Notes under the pieces: generated by a model
Seen by the model: only the letters and a program-made list of their open reading frames with translations
What the model was told of the DNA's origin: nothing
Databases searched by the model: none
NCBI GenBank assembly: GCA_030704615.1
Contig: CM060733.1
Span: 29,140,001-29,204,000, forward strand
Length of the DNA stretch: 64,000 bases
Direction of reading: 5' to 3'
DNA from: Takakia lepidozioides
Taxonomy: Eukaryota > Plantae > Bryophyta
Shown: positions 11,560 to 23,790 of the stretch, piece by piece
How the letters are laid out: each line of letters opens with the position of its first letter
Numbering within the stretch: the stretch's first letter is position 1
Program-made: the position numbers and the translations under genes

Positions 11560-13491
11560 TCAGTTGCAAGAATGATATATCTGTTTGCTAGACGTTGGAT
11601 GGATTTCTCCAATGAAATCTATCCCCCACTTCTCAAACGGAGCAAGGGGTAGCGTTGGAACCAATGGCATGCCCAACCTATTGTCCTTGCGTGCAAACCT
11701 CTGACAAGCGTCACAACGACGAACATGCATATGAGCATCTTTGAACATAGAAGGCCAGTAATATCCAGATCGTAAAGCCTTCTGAGCAGTGAGCCGTCCC
11801 GCAAAGTGACCACCACAGAGGCTATCATGAGCAGCCTCCAATATTTGAGGAACTTCTTCCATAGTGACACATCTTCTCAAAAGTCCCTCTAGCCCTCTCC
11901 TATATAACTGTCCTCCCAATAAAACAAATTTCATACTCTGGACCTTGATCTTTCGCCTCTCATGACGATTCAAGCCTTCTGGGAATTCCAGGGTGCTCAA
12001 ATACTGTGCTATGGGTTCATACCATGCTGGAACAGTGTCTATAGCGAACAAGAATGCATCAGGAAAGTCATCATTGATAGGTTCATCCCCTAACTCTTCA
12101 GAGAGTCTGGAGAGATGGTCTGCTTGGGCATTTAGTCTTCCGGGTTTGTACACCACTTTGTAGTCAAACTCTTGTAACAAAATCAACCATCTAGCAATGC
12201 GACCTGTAAGATCTGGTTTGTTAATCAAATAGCGCAATGCCATGTGATATACAAAGAAGATGAATGGTGTCTCCAAGAGGTAATGACAATATTTTTGTAT
12301 TGCAAAAATCATAGCCAATGCCTCCCTTTCAGTCGTACTATACCTTGATTCTACATATGTAAGCTGACGGCTGGCAAAAGCAATGGGGTGATCATGGCCT
12401 TCTGTATCAGGTTGACACAAAGCACATCCAACTACAACTGCTGAAGCGTCAACATACACATGAAAAGGTCTGTCCCAGACTAGTGCTGCCAAAACTGGTG
12501 CTGAGATCAGTTTTTGCTTTAGGTTCTCAAACGTTTGTTGGCATCTTGTATCCCATGAGAAAACTTGGTTCTTTCTTAATAAGTGGGTCAAGGGGATGGC
12601 CTCTAAGGCGTAGTTTCCCATGAATCTTCTGTACCACCCTACGTGGCCTAAGAAACTCCTGACCTTTGACACTGTTTCCGGTGGTAAAAGTTGAGCAATA
12701 GCCTTGACCTTGGATGGGTCAGTAGCAATTCCATGTTTGGACACAATATGGCCTAACAAGAGTTCATGGGTAACAGCAAAGACACATTTCATTGGGTTCA
12801 AGGAAATATCAGTCTCCCTGCATTTGAGAAAGCATTCTCGAAGTGCGGTGATGTGACTGTGGATTTCCCCATGGCAACAAAAATCATCTAAGAAGATAGC
12901 CATGTTCCTTCGAACAATATCGGAAAATGCATAGGTCATCACCCTTTGAAAGGTCAGGGGTGCGTTGCATAGACCAAATGGCATGCGTGTATAAGCAAAA
13001 GTGCCCCATGGAGAAGTGAAAGTCGTCTTCATTACATCTTTTGGATCAATAAACACTTGGTTGTATTCTGAAAATCCATCCATGAAAGAATATATTTCTT
13101 TCCCTGCCACTTCCTCTACTAAGGAGTCAAGAAAGGGCAACGGAAAATGATCTTTATGAGTGACATCATTGAGAGGATGGAAATCCACACAGACCCGCAA
13201 GCCTCCAGTTTTCTTTCTTACAATCACCATTGGTGAAACCCATTTTGAAGTTTCAACAGGGAAGATAAAACCAGCAGCTAATAATTTCTCAATTTCCGTT
13301 TTGATTAGCAAAGCCAAATTTGGATTGACCCTTCTTTCCCGCTGTCTTCGCGGTCGTGCCTGCGGAACTAAAGGAATTGCGTGCATTGCAATGTATGGAG
13401 GAATCCCTTTCAGTTCAGTATAGGACCATGCAAAAACTTCACGGAATTCTTTGAATAAAACCTGGTACTCTAGGACCTGCTCTGGAGTCAA
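11560..13491 (-). pseudogene. pol: Gypsy pol: RT, RNase H and integrase N-terminus
   Basis: VFAWSY, LRVCVDF..LN, MPFGLCNAP, AIFLDDF, FHVYVDAS, AH...GGHF...CDACQ, PFEKWGIDFIG. Confidence 0.95.
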
Positions 13492-13498
13492 CTGAGCT

Positions 13499-14136
13499 CT
13501 GTGTCATTCCTCTCATCTGTACCCAAGGTCTTAACTGATGAAGATGAATTCGGTGCAACAGGATCAGATGAGGAGTCGGAAGATTTGAGTGAGGAAGATC
13601 TTCATACTGAAGAAGAACCTGAGGTGCAAATCAACAGAGTGATAACTACGCCTTGGGTACCTAAAAGACCCAAGATGATTGATGAGGGGAAGAACTTGTT
13701 AGGGGATGTGGTCAAGTCATTAGGCCCAGGGTTGTATGAGTGTAATTCCGATTCCGATTGTCTTGAGTGGTTATATGGTAGGGAAGAAACTGTGAATATG
13801 ATTCATGTGGAAGGAAAGACCATGACAAGTATGGAACTACCATTTTCAGAGAAAGGGATTTTGGTAGAGTTGTTCACAATCAACTCTGACCAAGTTAGCA
13901 TGGATAATAGCACTCTCCCTCAGGACGAAAACCATGAGATCCTTGATCTCAGACTCATTGACGAAGACGAATTAGTACAGGACGTGTTGAGACATAGTGC
14001 TCCGTCCATTCCCTACCTACAGCGAATGAATACTCCTGTATTGGCAGATCAAATCACAGAGTCAGAATTCATTTCTGAACCTAAGACTCAGACAATAGAC
14101 ATGTCAGTAGGAGACAAACCTCCCAGAATAGTAAAG
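13499..14136 (+). other. Inverted segment of the Gypsy pol protease-RT linker
   Basis: The plus-strand frame begins VSFLSSVPK (continuing the protease end ...GVKPNT) and ends EPKTQTIDMSVGDKPPRIVK, which normally leads into AQLTPEQ...FREVFAWSY, encoded on the minus strand at <=13500. Confidence 0.8.
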
Positions 14137-16761
14137 TATTGGGTTTGACACCATAAGTGATGGTTCCCTTAGCCCAGTATGTACATGCTTGAGCCTGAAC
14201 CAACCATGGTCTGCCCAACAGTAATGCATACGAGTATCCATCTGATGGAAATTCAATGACTTGGAAGTCCATTGTATATACAGAACCCCCTGATTGCATT
14301 TGAAGATTGGAAATTTGACCCACTGGCCTAATTCTGCGCTGATCTGCCAATTAGATAATCAATGGGGATTTACCAGTCATGTGTAAGCCTAGTTTCTCCA
14401 TTGTGGAGAGTGGCATGATATTCACCGAGCTTCCACCATCTACCAAGCAATGTTGAATAAAACAGTCTACAATCTCCACTTCAATCTCTATTGGTCCAGG
14501 GTCTATTCTTGCATTGACATGATGCGATACTGGGCAATTCTCTCGTCTTTTCCTGACCAATGAAGCCTTCAGGGCTTGTCTGACTGTCGGAGCAAGAGCA
14601 ACAAGTTGAGCTACTGAAATGTTGGCCTGCACTTGGCGCAGGTCATGCATCAAGTTATAGGGCTCAAGCTCATCAGTAAATCTCATGGTGGTAGACTTCA
14701 TTTTCAGAATTTGAGGACGTTTTGCTGCAGTGTTAGCTATTTTGACTGCTGACACTTTCGGTCGCATCACTAGTGACGGCAACGGAGTGGACACCTTACC
14801 CGGAGAGTCACTTCCTTCAAATACCACAGATTTTCCCTTCTTGATACTGGCTTCATTCTCATTGTGAAGAGTATTAGCAATTTTTGTCACATCATCCTTC
14901 ACAACTTGAAAATCCATTGGATCTTTGTCCGAAGATGAAGTAGGTATAACCTCTGGAATTACCTCTTCCGGCGCTTGTACCAACATCTCTCGTTGTTGGC
15001 GAGTCATCACCACACATGTGCTCTCCTCACGTTCCTCCTCTTTTGGCATGTTTGACAATTCGGCGTGTATCCAATTCACATTAGGTTGCGATGGTAACTT
15101 TGGCGTGACTGGACCAGAGGAAGTCCCTGCTTGTGGAAGAGGTTGTGTGGATGTCGATGCTTGATTGGACACTTGATTCCTCTCATCCTGAGATCGTCGC
15201 CATGGAAGTTGACTTTGCGTTTCCTGCATCACAGGATTTGTAAATGACACTCTAGGCTGATGACTGAATTGAGATTGCTTTGGGGAATTGGAATTTGGAT
15301 CTCTTTGTAGTATTTGCAAAGCAAAGTACATCCCGTGTTGGGGTGGTAAATTTGCCGGAGGCACCTGATTATATTGATCAGGAAATGGCGCTCTTTGACC
15401 TCGTAGATTTTGATCAACTTGCCATTGGGTTGTAGGTTTTGTCCTCTCAATATTTCTCGTTCGACAACGCTCCAAAGGATGTCCTACTAAACCACAATGA
15501 AGACATGTGAAATCATTCCAACAATCTTCTGTTCTATGACTGGACCGACCACACGGCGGATAACGGTTTCGTGGCCTATACCCCTGTCCTAGTGGAGGAT
15601 TCCAGGATGGAGGAGGTCCCCTTTCCTGGATCGGGTTGGGACAATGTTGGGGATCATGGCCTGACCCTCAACAATTATAACACCATAACTTGGACGCATT
15701 AGGACCCGTCTCAGCTAATGGAACCTGAGTATCCTGTGATGGACATAACTAGAAACCTGTTGACCAATGGCAAAAACTCTATCCCCCATGGACTCAACAG
15801 CTCTCAACACAGATGTTAGTTGTTCCTCAAAATGTCCCATCCGATCATTGCTAGTGGATCCCGTATATGATTCAGCAGGAACTGACTGAAAGTGCCTTGC
15901 TGGGTTTGAGGGGGTGGTGGTAGCCACCAAAGGCATTGCAGATGTCATCGTGGCAGCAGGAACCATCCCTCCAGTCATTGTCGGTCTGTAATAGGGCGGG
16001 GGAGGTGTCCCAGAAACTGCAAGCGTTGGATTAACCGCAATGTATGAAGGGAGTACCATCTCCGGCATCTTCGCACGTTGAACCTGACGATGCATGTTGT
16101 CATGTTCTTTCCCTGAGTTGATCGCATCTGCTAGTGTAGCAGGTCTCTGTTGCAACACAAACAAGTGAATATCCTCTCGTAACCCACTCAGAAAGCAATC
16201 TTTCAGAACCCCATCATCCAAGGGTGTTAGAGGATTCTGTAATCGCATTAGCTCTTTGAAACGCGTCTCAAAATCAACAACTTCCTCATTTGGTCCTTAT
16301 CTGATCCTGGCAAGGGCCATAAGAACACTTGTAAACTGATGTACTGCTCTGAAATGATTTAGAAAAGCATCTCTAAATTGAGCCCAATGTTGAAATGAAC
16401 CCCCGTTTTGCTGCCAATACCAAGTCAACGCTCTACCCCTCAAAGTCGTAGGGAACCAGATCAATCAATAAGCATCATCCAAAGCCTGATTGGAGTAACA
16501 ATTTTGGATAAATTTTTTGACATGATATTCAGGGTTTTCATGTGGTTCACCAGAAACCAAGGCAAGGCGATCACGGCACCAGTAGAACTGTTGTTGACGC
16601 CCATCCGGTAGTATTCCATCTAACCAAACTCGTTCATTAATCCATTTCCTTCTTTCACGCAAGGAAAGTCGATCAAGGTGAGCCTCTATCTTAGATCTAA
16701 TATCATCGGGGTTGTTCCAAAACCGCCTTCTAATACGCTTAACCTTGGCTTCAAAACTCAT
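14137..16761 (-). pseudogene. gag: Gypsy gag-protease (disrupted)
   Basis: Retrotrans_gag-like segment (FPTTLRGRALTWY...FRDAFL..F...FLSGL); knuckles CYNC*GSGHDPQHC, (Y)PPCGRSSHRTEDC and CLHCGLVGHPLERC; protease DGGS and LLLGRPWL. Confidence 0.88.
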
Positions 16762-16931
16762 TACCTACATGGTTCAAGTTCATGATGTCTTTCCCAATCA
16801 TACACCTTTGAATCTATACATGTAATCCGCGATTCGTATTATATCAAAATTCTGTTGTATAGCAGCAGAAGGTGTGTACAAAATGTCGGAAATGTAAACA
16901 CTATGATATCAACAGGTCTTAGTAGATGTAT

Positions 16932-17830
16932 CTATTCGGTTTCATCTACCATCTCGACTGATCCTGGTATGTCAGGAAATCTGTCAAGCCATTCATCCAT
17001 AGAATTGGCAAGCCCATCTACCGCATTGGGAATGTCAATGCCCCAGAACTCCATATCTGGGTTCCATGGGCTCAAGGCATAACTGGAAGAAGCAGGGGCT
17101 TCCGCCGGGGCATATAAATCTCGGATCAATACTGGCGCCCCTCGGATGCAAGTATTGCGTGCTAACTCAGTAACACTGATATAATGTAACTGAATGAACA
17201 AGAAAACTAATTCAGCTGTCGTGCCCTTTCCACAGCCATAAAACATAGGCGGTGGTACCAGTTGTATGTCCCCGATAGGATGAGGCAAGGGTGGCTGTAA
17301 CAGATCCTCTATACTATACCCTAATAACCAACAAACCCAATCATGTTTCCTATCAATAGGAGTAGTGTACCGCTACTGGTTGACACTGCTACGAACTGAT
17401 CCACACTACGCCTGGGACATAAGGTAGTATGCTGCAGACCGTTATCAGCAATGATCCTACACAGGGGACAAGCATCCAGATATGCTATCTGCCATTTCAG
17501 ATGCACTTCTGCTGGTGCCTCAGGCGTGAAGTACCCCAGAAATGGTGGCTCACAGCAGCCCGGCCACCTAGTGTAGAAGCGGAAGAATTTAATGATTGGT
17601 GCTGTATACGCCTTCGGTCTGGGAGGGCCTACATTTGCTGCGATCCAGTCCCCTCGATACTCCTCAACGATTTTGAGGATTTTACTCAAACAACGATGAG
17701 TGATTTCACGCTGATCCTCGAGGTCCCATTCCCCCAAATGACATGAGGAGATAATACAGTAATGCCCCTGCACTCTCCGCTCAAAAGATACATAGAATTG
17801 ATCGTGTGCTACCATTTTTCTTCTGCACAA
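16932..17830 (-). CDS. Two extra ORFs between PBS and gag (17321-17830, 16932-17288), function unknown
   Basis: Open frames of 169 and 118 codons in the element's sense orientation. The first contains CPLC-x8-H-x3-C. Confidence 0.4.
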
Positions 17831-17910
17831 CCATTTTTACTCGTTGAGAATACTTCGGAAAACAGTTTATCATCAAAACAACAAACAAGATTTTCAAAAC
17901 AACTAGTCTA

Positions 17911-17929
17911 TCTCCCGGCAGACGCACCA
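17911..17929 (-). promoter_or_regulatory. Primer-binding site (tRNA-Asp type)
   Basis: Minus strand TGGTGCGTCTGCCGGGAGA lies a few nt after the LTR end ...TTGACA and resembles the Athila-type PBS TGGCGCCGTTGCCGGGG. Confidence 0.7.
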
Positions 17930-17935
17930 AAAATA

Positions 17936-20900
17936 TGTCAACCATTAATGCACCCCATTAATAGTTGCATACTTAATATAGGGTTCGTGTTAGACAGAGC
18001 TAGGTTAGGTCCTGAAGGCGCCGCCTAGCCCCGAGGGTGCTGCTAGTGTGGATTATAATTTTTCTATGTTATAGGTGTTTTACGTTTGTAATTTGTAACC
18101 AACAGTTAGTACTAACTCATTGACGTATTTACGAAAACAATAGTCCAGGAATAAGCAATGCAAATGTATAATTACCCTTGGTATAAGGGTTATGGTTATT
18201 TTAGAGGAGAGATATCTAGTGTAAATATTAATTATTCAGTAAACAACAACAAATTAATTTCAATTAATCAACTTTAGTATTTCTTTTCTTTTTGAATAAC
18301 TTTATGTATATGTTCAAAGGGTAGAGATACTGATTTTCTAGTTTTTACTAGTACCCATTAATCTATGTGAGTCAAGAATATATAATTAATTAGACCATTC
18401 TGATAAAAGGATCAGTCCAACTTACTATAACCAAAAATAAAAGAAGAGAGTCAAAACTACCTATAGGAAGTAGTGTGGCAGCTATTGGGATTTGAAACCC
18501 CAACCTCGAATGTGCAAACGCAATCTCTATCCAGTAAGTCCCTCAAGTTATATTCAATAATGACTCGTCTATCTAAGTACTTATAGGGCTATTACAAAGG
18601 TTCTGAACAGATGAACAAAAATATATAAATCACGGCCTGCAGGAGTTGAATCCCAAACCACGAGGGTGTAGACTACCGGACTAACCATCAAACTATATAG
18701 TTGTTACAAGGTGGTTGCTTTTAGTTATTTAAACACAATACTCCAAGCTCACTCTTTAATATGGCCTTGCAGTTAGAATTCCTTGTTTTCAAAAATTCAT
18801 AAGTCCCTGCTACATTCTTCGATTCACTTTCCGTAAAGCATCAGCTGTAACCTAAGCTTTACCATTAACATTCTTCCTTCTATGAGATTCAATTAACACC
18901 TCTTCTAGATCGTCCAAACACTAATTAAGGCCTCAGCTTGAAGTTAATAATTTAAGCAATAAGATTGGATGTGCTGGGCCAACAAAGAAAACAACTAAGT
19001 CACATCCTAGTATGATTTTCCAGTTGAAAATTGATAGGGCGGTATTATGATGATTAGCCGCCTTCAACTTAAGTACCCCAGGCTCATTACATGGAAAAGA
19101 TAGAAGAGAACAGAGCAGGGAAGAAAGAAGCAAAAGAAAACAACCAACCAAAACGAGACAATTTTACAATGATTTGGCGGTAGCTTAGGAGTGCTAGATT
19201 TCCAAGGTTGTTTCCCCTAGCGCAGTGTAAATCTAGGACTGTCTAGGATACCTGAAATTCAGATTCAAGGTTGTCTCTATAGAACTCCAAGTAGGTATAG
19301 AGGGTAATCTTCTACAACATAATCAACTATTCGAGGTAGATTTTCTTCACACGGTGCTCACCCGAGCATGAGTCCCAAGTTGATGTCGCTGATGGTGCAG
19401 GTTTGATGAATTCTGCTCACGGACTGATCTGACTTGCTATGGTACGAACGATCTATCAGATTATAAGAGGGTAGGTACACGAATACTCAAAGGAAATCTA
19501 GACAGTAACAAGCTTCTCTACTTTAATCATGCAAGTCTCGGCGTACCACACGACTCACGTCCACTAACACGGCACCTTGATTCCAACGGCGTGCGGCTGC
19601 AATGTTTAATAAAAACCAGTTCACTATACACCGTTCCTCTTCACTACAACATCTAGCCTACATTAAAACGAAGAAAGAGAGCGAAGAGAAAGAGAGCGAA
19701 GAGGGAGAGAGCGAAGAGAAAGAGCGAGAGCGAGAGAAAATAAGAACATGATTCTCTTCTCTCTTTCGCCGGTTGATTTATATCAGTCCGTCGCCCTACA
19801 TCCGTCACTTGTGTTGACCACTGTCATCCATCCCTTTCTCCAAAAAAATAATAAATTACTACTGGTGCATTTAAGCACCGACACCTAGTTAAAGTTTTTA
19901 ATTAATTTTCCCTAGAGTGTTCATTAATATAAGATATGATCTTTTTTGTTTTAATCTTTCAAATCTGCGCCTTCCACCTGAACGGTCCAGATCAAACATT
20001 TGTTTTTTCCTCCATCCATTGTCATCCGTCCAGCCCGTAATCCATCCATCCATGGTCCCATCCGTTGATTTCATCCATTTTCATTCTTCCTCATAATTTT
20101 CATCTATCTGTAACTTTCATCCATCCAGGGACATGACCAACTTAAGTTGGTACATGACCAACTTAAATTGATACATGAACCATTTTAAATCCTCATGAAT
20201 GTTGCTCCTCATCCATGTCATTCATCCATTTGGGAAGTGGGGATCGTTACCCTTGATCAACCAATATCCAACGGTTCACATTTATCCTTGTTTTCCCATT
20301 AGATCCCTTTCCCGTGCTATGTTGAGATCGGGGAGAGGTTCCCATGCTTGAAGTAGCGAGTTGTAGCGTTGTTCTGAGAGTCGTCTGCTGGTGAGATCCT
20401 CCAGCAAGATAAGCATATTTTCCTGCATTTGCTAACTTACAAAGACATCGATCCTGAATCATTCTTGGCGTTGAAGACTATTCGTTGAGACTAAATCATA
20501 CCTCCATACCATGTAGCCTCTAGGGTACTGTCCGCAAATCAAAAGTTGAGTTCTTGTAACTGCTGACTCTTTGTCAGAAACTTCAAAGGTATAATCCACA
20601 GGGCAGTCTGGCAGACATTGCCAACACGTACTAACGGAATCCAATGCCCACCACTTCCGTGCACTTATGAGAGGCTATACAGTGTGTGCAGGCCCAGCTA
20701 GCATATAAACCCATTCCTCCTTGATCTCTACCCATTTTGCGAATCTCAAAGACATCGTTGCGGCCTTCGTCATCAACCACCGCTAGCGCATTCTGCCATT
20801 TCTTACAACCATCTGTCAACGGTAAATAATAAGAGCGAGGCACCCGTGCAACGCATTCTAGTGTCACTCTAGAATTCCATTTTATTTATGATTTCTTAAT

Positions 20901-20986
20901 ATGATTTCATACTAAACTTCATAAAATATATACTAATGTTCATCAAATGTGCTATTCTAAATTATGATCTGAAAAAGTGATCGACA
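17936..20986 (-). repeat. Putative 5' LTR (~3.05 kb)
   Basis: Imperfect terminal inverted repeats TGTCGATCA...TGGTTGACA; TATAAAT at ~19777-19783 (minus) followed by a CT-rich leader; abuts the PBS. The second LTR is absent, so the outer boundary is inferred. Confidence 0.6.
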
Positions 20987-21476
20987 CAACCTAAGTAAAC
21001 CCTAAAGTGATTGCCAATGTCGGGGAGAAAAAACAAGTTCTGGTCTGGGATGTATGGTAACGCAATAATTCTAGGGGCCCATACTTTGCCATTTCTGTTC
21101 CCAACGCAGGCGACCAAGGGAAAATATTCACATTGAAGCCTTGCAGGTGAGGATTGAAAGAAAGCGCCTTCTCAGCAGCCTCTTGTGAATGAACTACAAT
21201 AGAGAAGAAACCTTTCCCCCTGGATTGACAGAAGTGCTGAGTGAGATCCCCAGTGCCCCCAAGGTGCGCAATCGCCTAGCCTCTGACGTCGCCCCTGGGA
21301 ATCTTCTTACCTGGGAAATGCAAGAGCACCCCTCGATCTTGAATGTCTGACATCATTCCTCTGAGGTGAGACACATCTAGCTTGACTGTAGATGTGTTTT
21401 TACTCATTGTGAGCTGTAACTTGGAGATGTCATCAAAATTCCCCGATCGAGGGCTTTCCTGTGACCCCATAGGCAA
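20987..21476 (-). mobile_element. LINE (L1-like) ORF1 remnant, interrupted by the Gypsy LTR
   Basis: ...LLHFPGKKIPRGDVRG*AIAHLGG...SRGKGFFSIVVHSQEAAEKALSFNPHLQGFNVNIFPWSP fits the plant L1 ORF1 RRM/DUF4283 pattern (GKGFF...AL...P...W.P). Confidence 0.65.
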
Positions 21477-21604
21477 ATTGTCTGAGGGCTGGGCATCGTC
21501 GTTGCCCGTGGAGTGTAGAGGCTGATGAACAGCTGCTACCTGGAGAGAACGAAAAGCTGAGGACTGGGTGCGCGTGAGCGATTGATGTGCCAGGAAGAAC
21601 CCTG

Positions 21605-23353
21605 TGTCATGGTTTTAGTCATGGTTAACTAGAATTACCTACTTCTAGTTAACTAGGACATTTTGGATATTTATATTTGTATTTTGTGTGTTGGGACTTC
21701 ATTTGGTCTCACATGCCAAGTGAGGTGTCAAACCTTACTTGGGACATGGGGATGGGTTTTCCCTTTGTGAGTGTTGAGGAGGGCTCATCTTCTTGTAGTT
21801 GAGCCTCCATGAGCCTCTCCCACCTCCATAGCTCTAGGTATTGAGAAGGAGTGTGGTGAGGGCTTTGTAGGGTGGATTCCTTTAGCAAAGGTGCCCTTGG
21901 CTTGACTTAGTTTATGTGATTGAGTGGATTCATGAGTGGAGTGTTTCCATTGTGTTTTCACTTCCATTATCACTACAAGAAGATCTCCTTATGCTTGTGA
22001 GTGCGGAGTGTAAGGGTTAGTTTAGCACTTGTGTGTTGGAGAGAGCTTCGTAAAGAGCTCTTGTGTTGCAAGGTGTTGCGGGTGTTGCAAAGGAAAATCC
22101 TTGTGGCGTGGAGAACGTGGATGTTAGGGTTTGAGAAGCATTACTTTGTTTTATAGAGGTGGAGAGCTTGGAAAAGAGCTCTTGCATCACAAGAGAAGCG
22201 TCTTGTGTGTGGAGAAGATAAACACTAGGGTTTCAAGAGCAAGCTCTAGTACTTGTTCATGGTGTGAAAGAGAAGCCAAAGAGCGGCACATGCTTGGGTT
22301 GGAAACACCATAGAAGGAGTACACAAGGGTAGCTTGAGGAGTATTGAGTAGCTCAAGAGAAGCTAAGAAGTGGTTGTTCTATCCATGGTGAAATGAAGCC
22401 AAGTGGGGTTTCATTTGGTTGACAAACAAGCAAGCAAAGGCGGCGCTAGAAGGGAGTACTTTTGCTAGTTTTATGAGTTCTTGGATTGCTCTTGGTGAAG
22501 CAAGTGATTGACTAAGCAAGTGGCGCATGTGTGGAGCATGTTTTCCAAGTGTGGCTTCCAATTCAAGCTTGAGGAGAGCTAGAAAGTAAAGTGAGCAAGT
22601 TCATTCATTGTATATGAGGTGGTGCATGTTGTGGAAGAAAAGCCAAGGAGCTACATAGGCTAGGGCTTGAAGACAACAAAAGCAACCACTTGGAGAGCAT
22701 CAAGAAGCTCAAGATGACTCCAAAGGGAAGCATGTGGGTGAGAATTCTATACATGATGATGTGAAACCAAGCCTAGAATATTGAAGAACTTGGAGCACAT
22801 GTGGGAGATCATTGGAGGTGGTCTTCATGAAGAAATGAGATTGTGGATCACGGCATGCATAGCAACTTCAACCATACATTAGCATGTGACAAGACAAGGA
22901 AGGGGAAGGTGAAGCTCATGTATTCATTCATTTTTTGCTTAAGTTTTGTGGTGGATGGTTGATCAAGCAAGTGATGTTTATGTGGAGCATGCTCTTTAGG
23001 GCTTGTGACTTCAAGTTTGAGAAGATGAGCTCTTGAATAGAGGTGTGGATACACATTATGATGAATGAAGACAACACCTAGGTCAAGAGGTGGAAGTGTG
23101 TGTGACTAGCCCATGCAAGGGAAAGCACATGGAAGATGGCATACAATTCAAATTCAAGCAAGGCTTGGCGCTTGTCATTGGGCACATTAGCTTGCTATGA
23201 GTTCCAAGGAGATCAAGAGGAACTTGTCAATTTGGGATGAATGCATTGCAAAGTAAGATAATGCAATCTTGCATGCATGTTAGGGGGGAAGATACCATGA
23301 AGAAGGTGTTTCTTACTATACTCTACAAACCCTAGTCTCCATACTCTTCATGG
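21605..23353 (+). mobile_element. Non-coding LTR-retroelement-like remnant replacing the 5' part of the DNMT-Gypsy
   Basis: Starts TGTCATGG; has a PPT-like TAGGGGGGAAGA at ~23281 followed by a short segment with inverted ends CCATGAAGA...TCTTCATGG. No coding signal. Confidence 0.35.
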
Positions 23354-23790
23354 GGTCACGGGCTCATCGTCCACGGCTATGGTGGACCAACTTGATGCCA
23401 CCCGCACTGCTCAAGCGTGCATTTGATGGAGTGTAGCGACCAACACACCTCACAATGGATAGCATTTTGGACACAGGGAGGCAGTCTCAGCGTGTGAGAC
23501 ACGATGACCGTTCGCCTTTGGTAGTGGTCAACAAGGTGGATTAACCACGAGCAGCACTACCTACACTGCTCAGCTTCCCAGGATCACATGCTTTTCGGGA
23601 TAGTGGACCTGGCCTCCTGTGGGATGCTCAGTTGCGGCAGTTAGTGGAGCCTAATGCCGATGAGCGCGAGCGGGCTATGGGTTTCTCCACTGGGACCACG
23701 GCGGTGCCTTCTCTTTCTGAGGCATCACGTTGTTAGGTGTTGGGGCAAGCAATGGATCTCAATTGCTTGACCTGGATTATCAGCTTAACT
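23350..23790 (+). pseudogene. C-terminal half of a DNMT3-like C5 cytosine methyltransferase inside the retrotransposon pol
   Basis: Frame from 23341 reads GSRAHRPRLWWTNL (motif VIII, cf. DNMT3 SAAHRARYFWGNL), EPNADERERAMGFSTGTT (motif IX) and SRC*VLGQAMDLNCL (motif X). Three in-frame stops are all at apparent Gln codons. Confidence 0.85.

Larger units (their letters stand above)
11370..20986 (-). mobile_element. Decayed, 3'-truncated Ty3/Gypsy LTR retrotransposon (Athila/Tat-like)
   Basis: Order on the minus strand is LTR, PBS, extra ORFs, gag with CCHC knuckles, protease (LVDGGSSVNIM), RT (FLDD), RNase H (VYVDAS), integrase (HHCC, WGIDFIG, FGCP..LVSD). The element breaks off inside integrase at ~11370 and has many stops and frameshifts. 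Confidence 0.93.

Noticed and set aside
13501-14148. Independent antisense gene inside the retrotransposon
   Set aside because: Explained as an inverted piece of pol.
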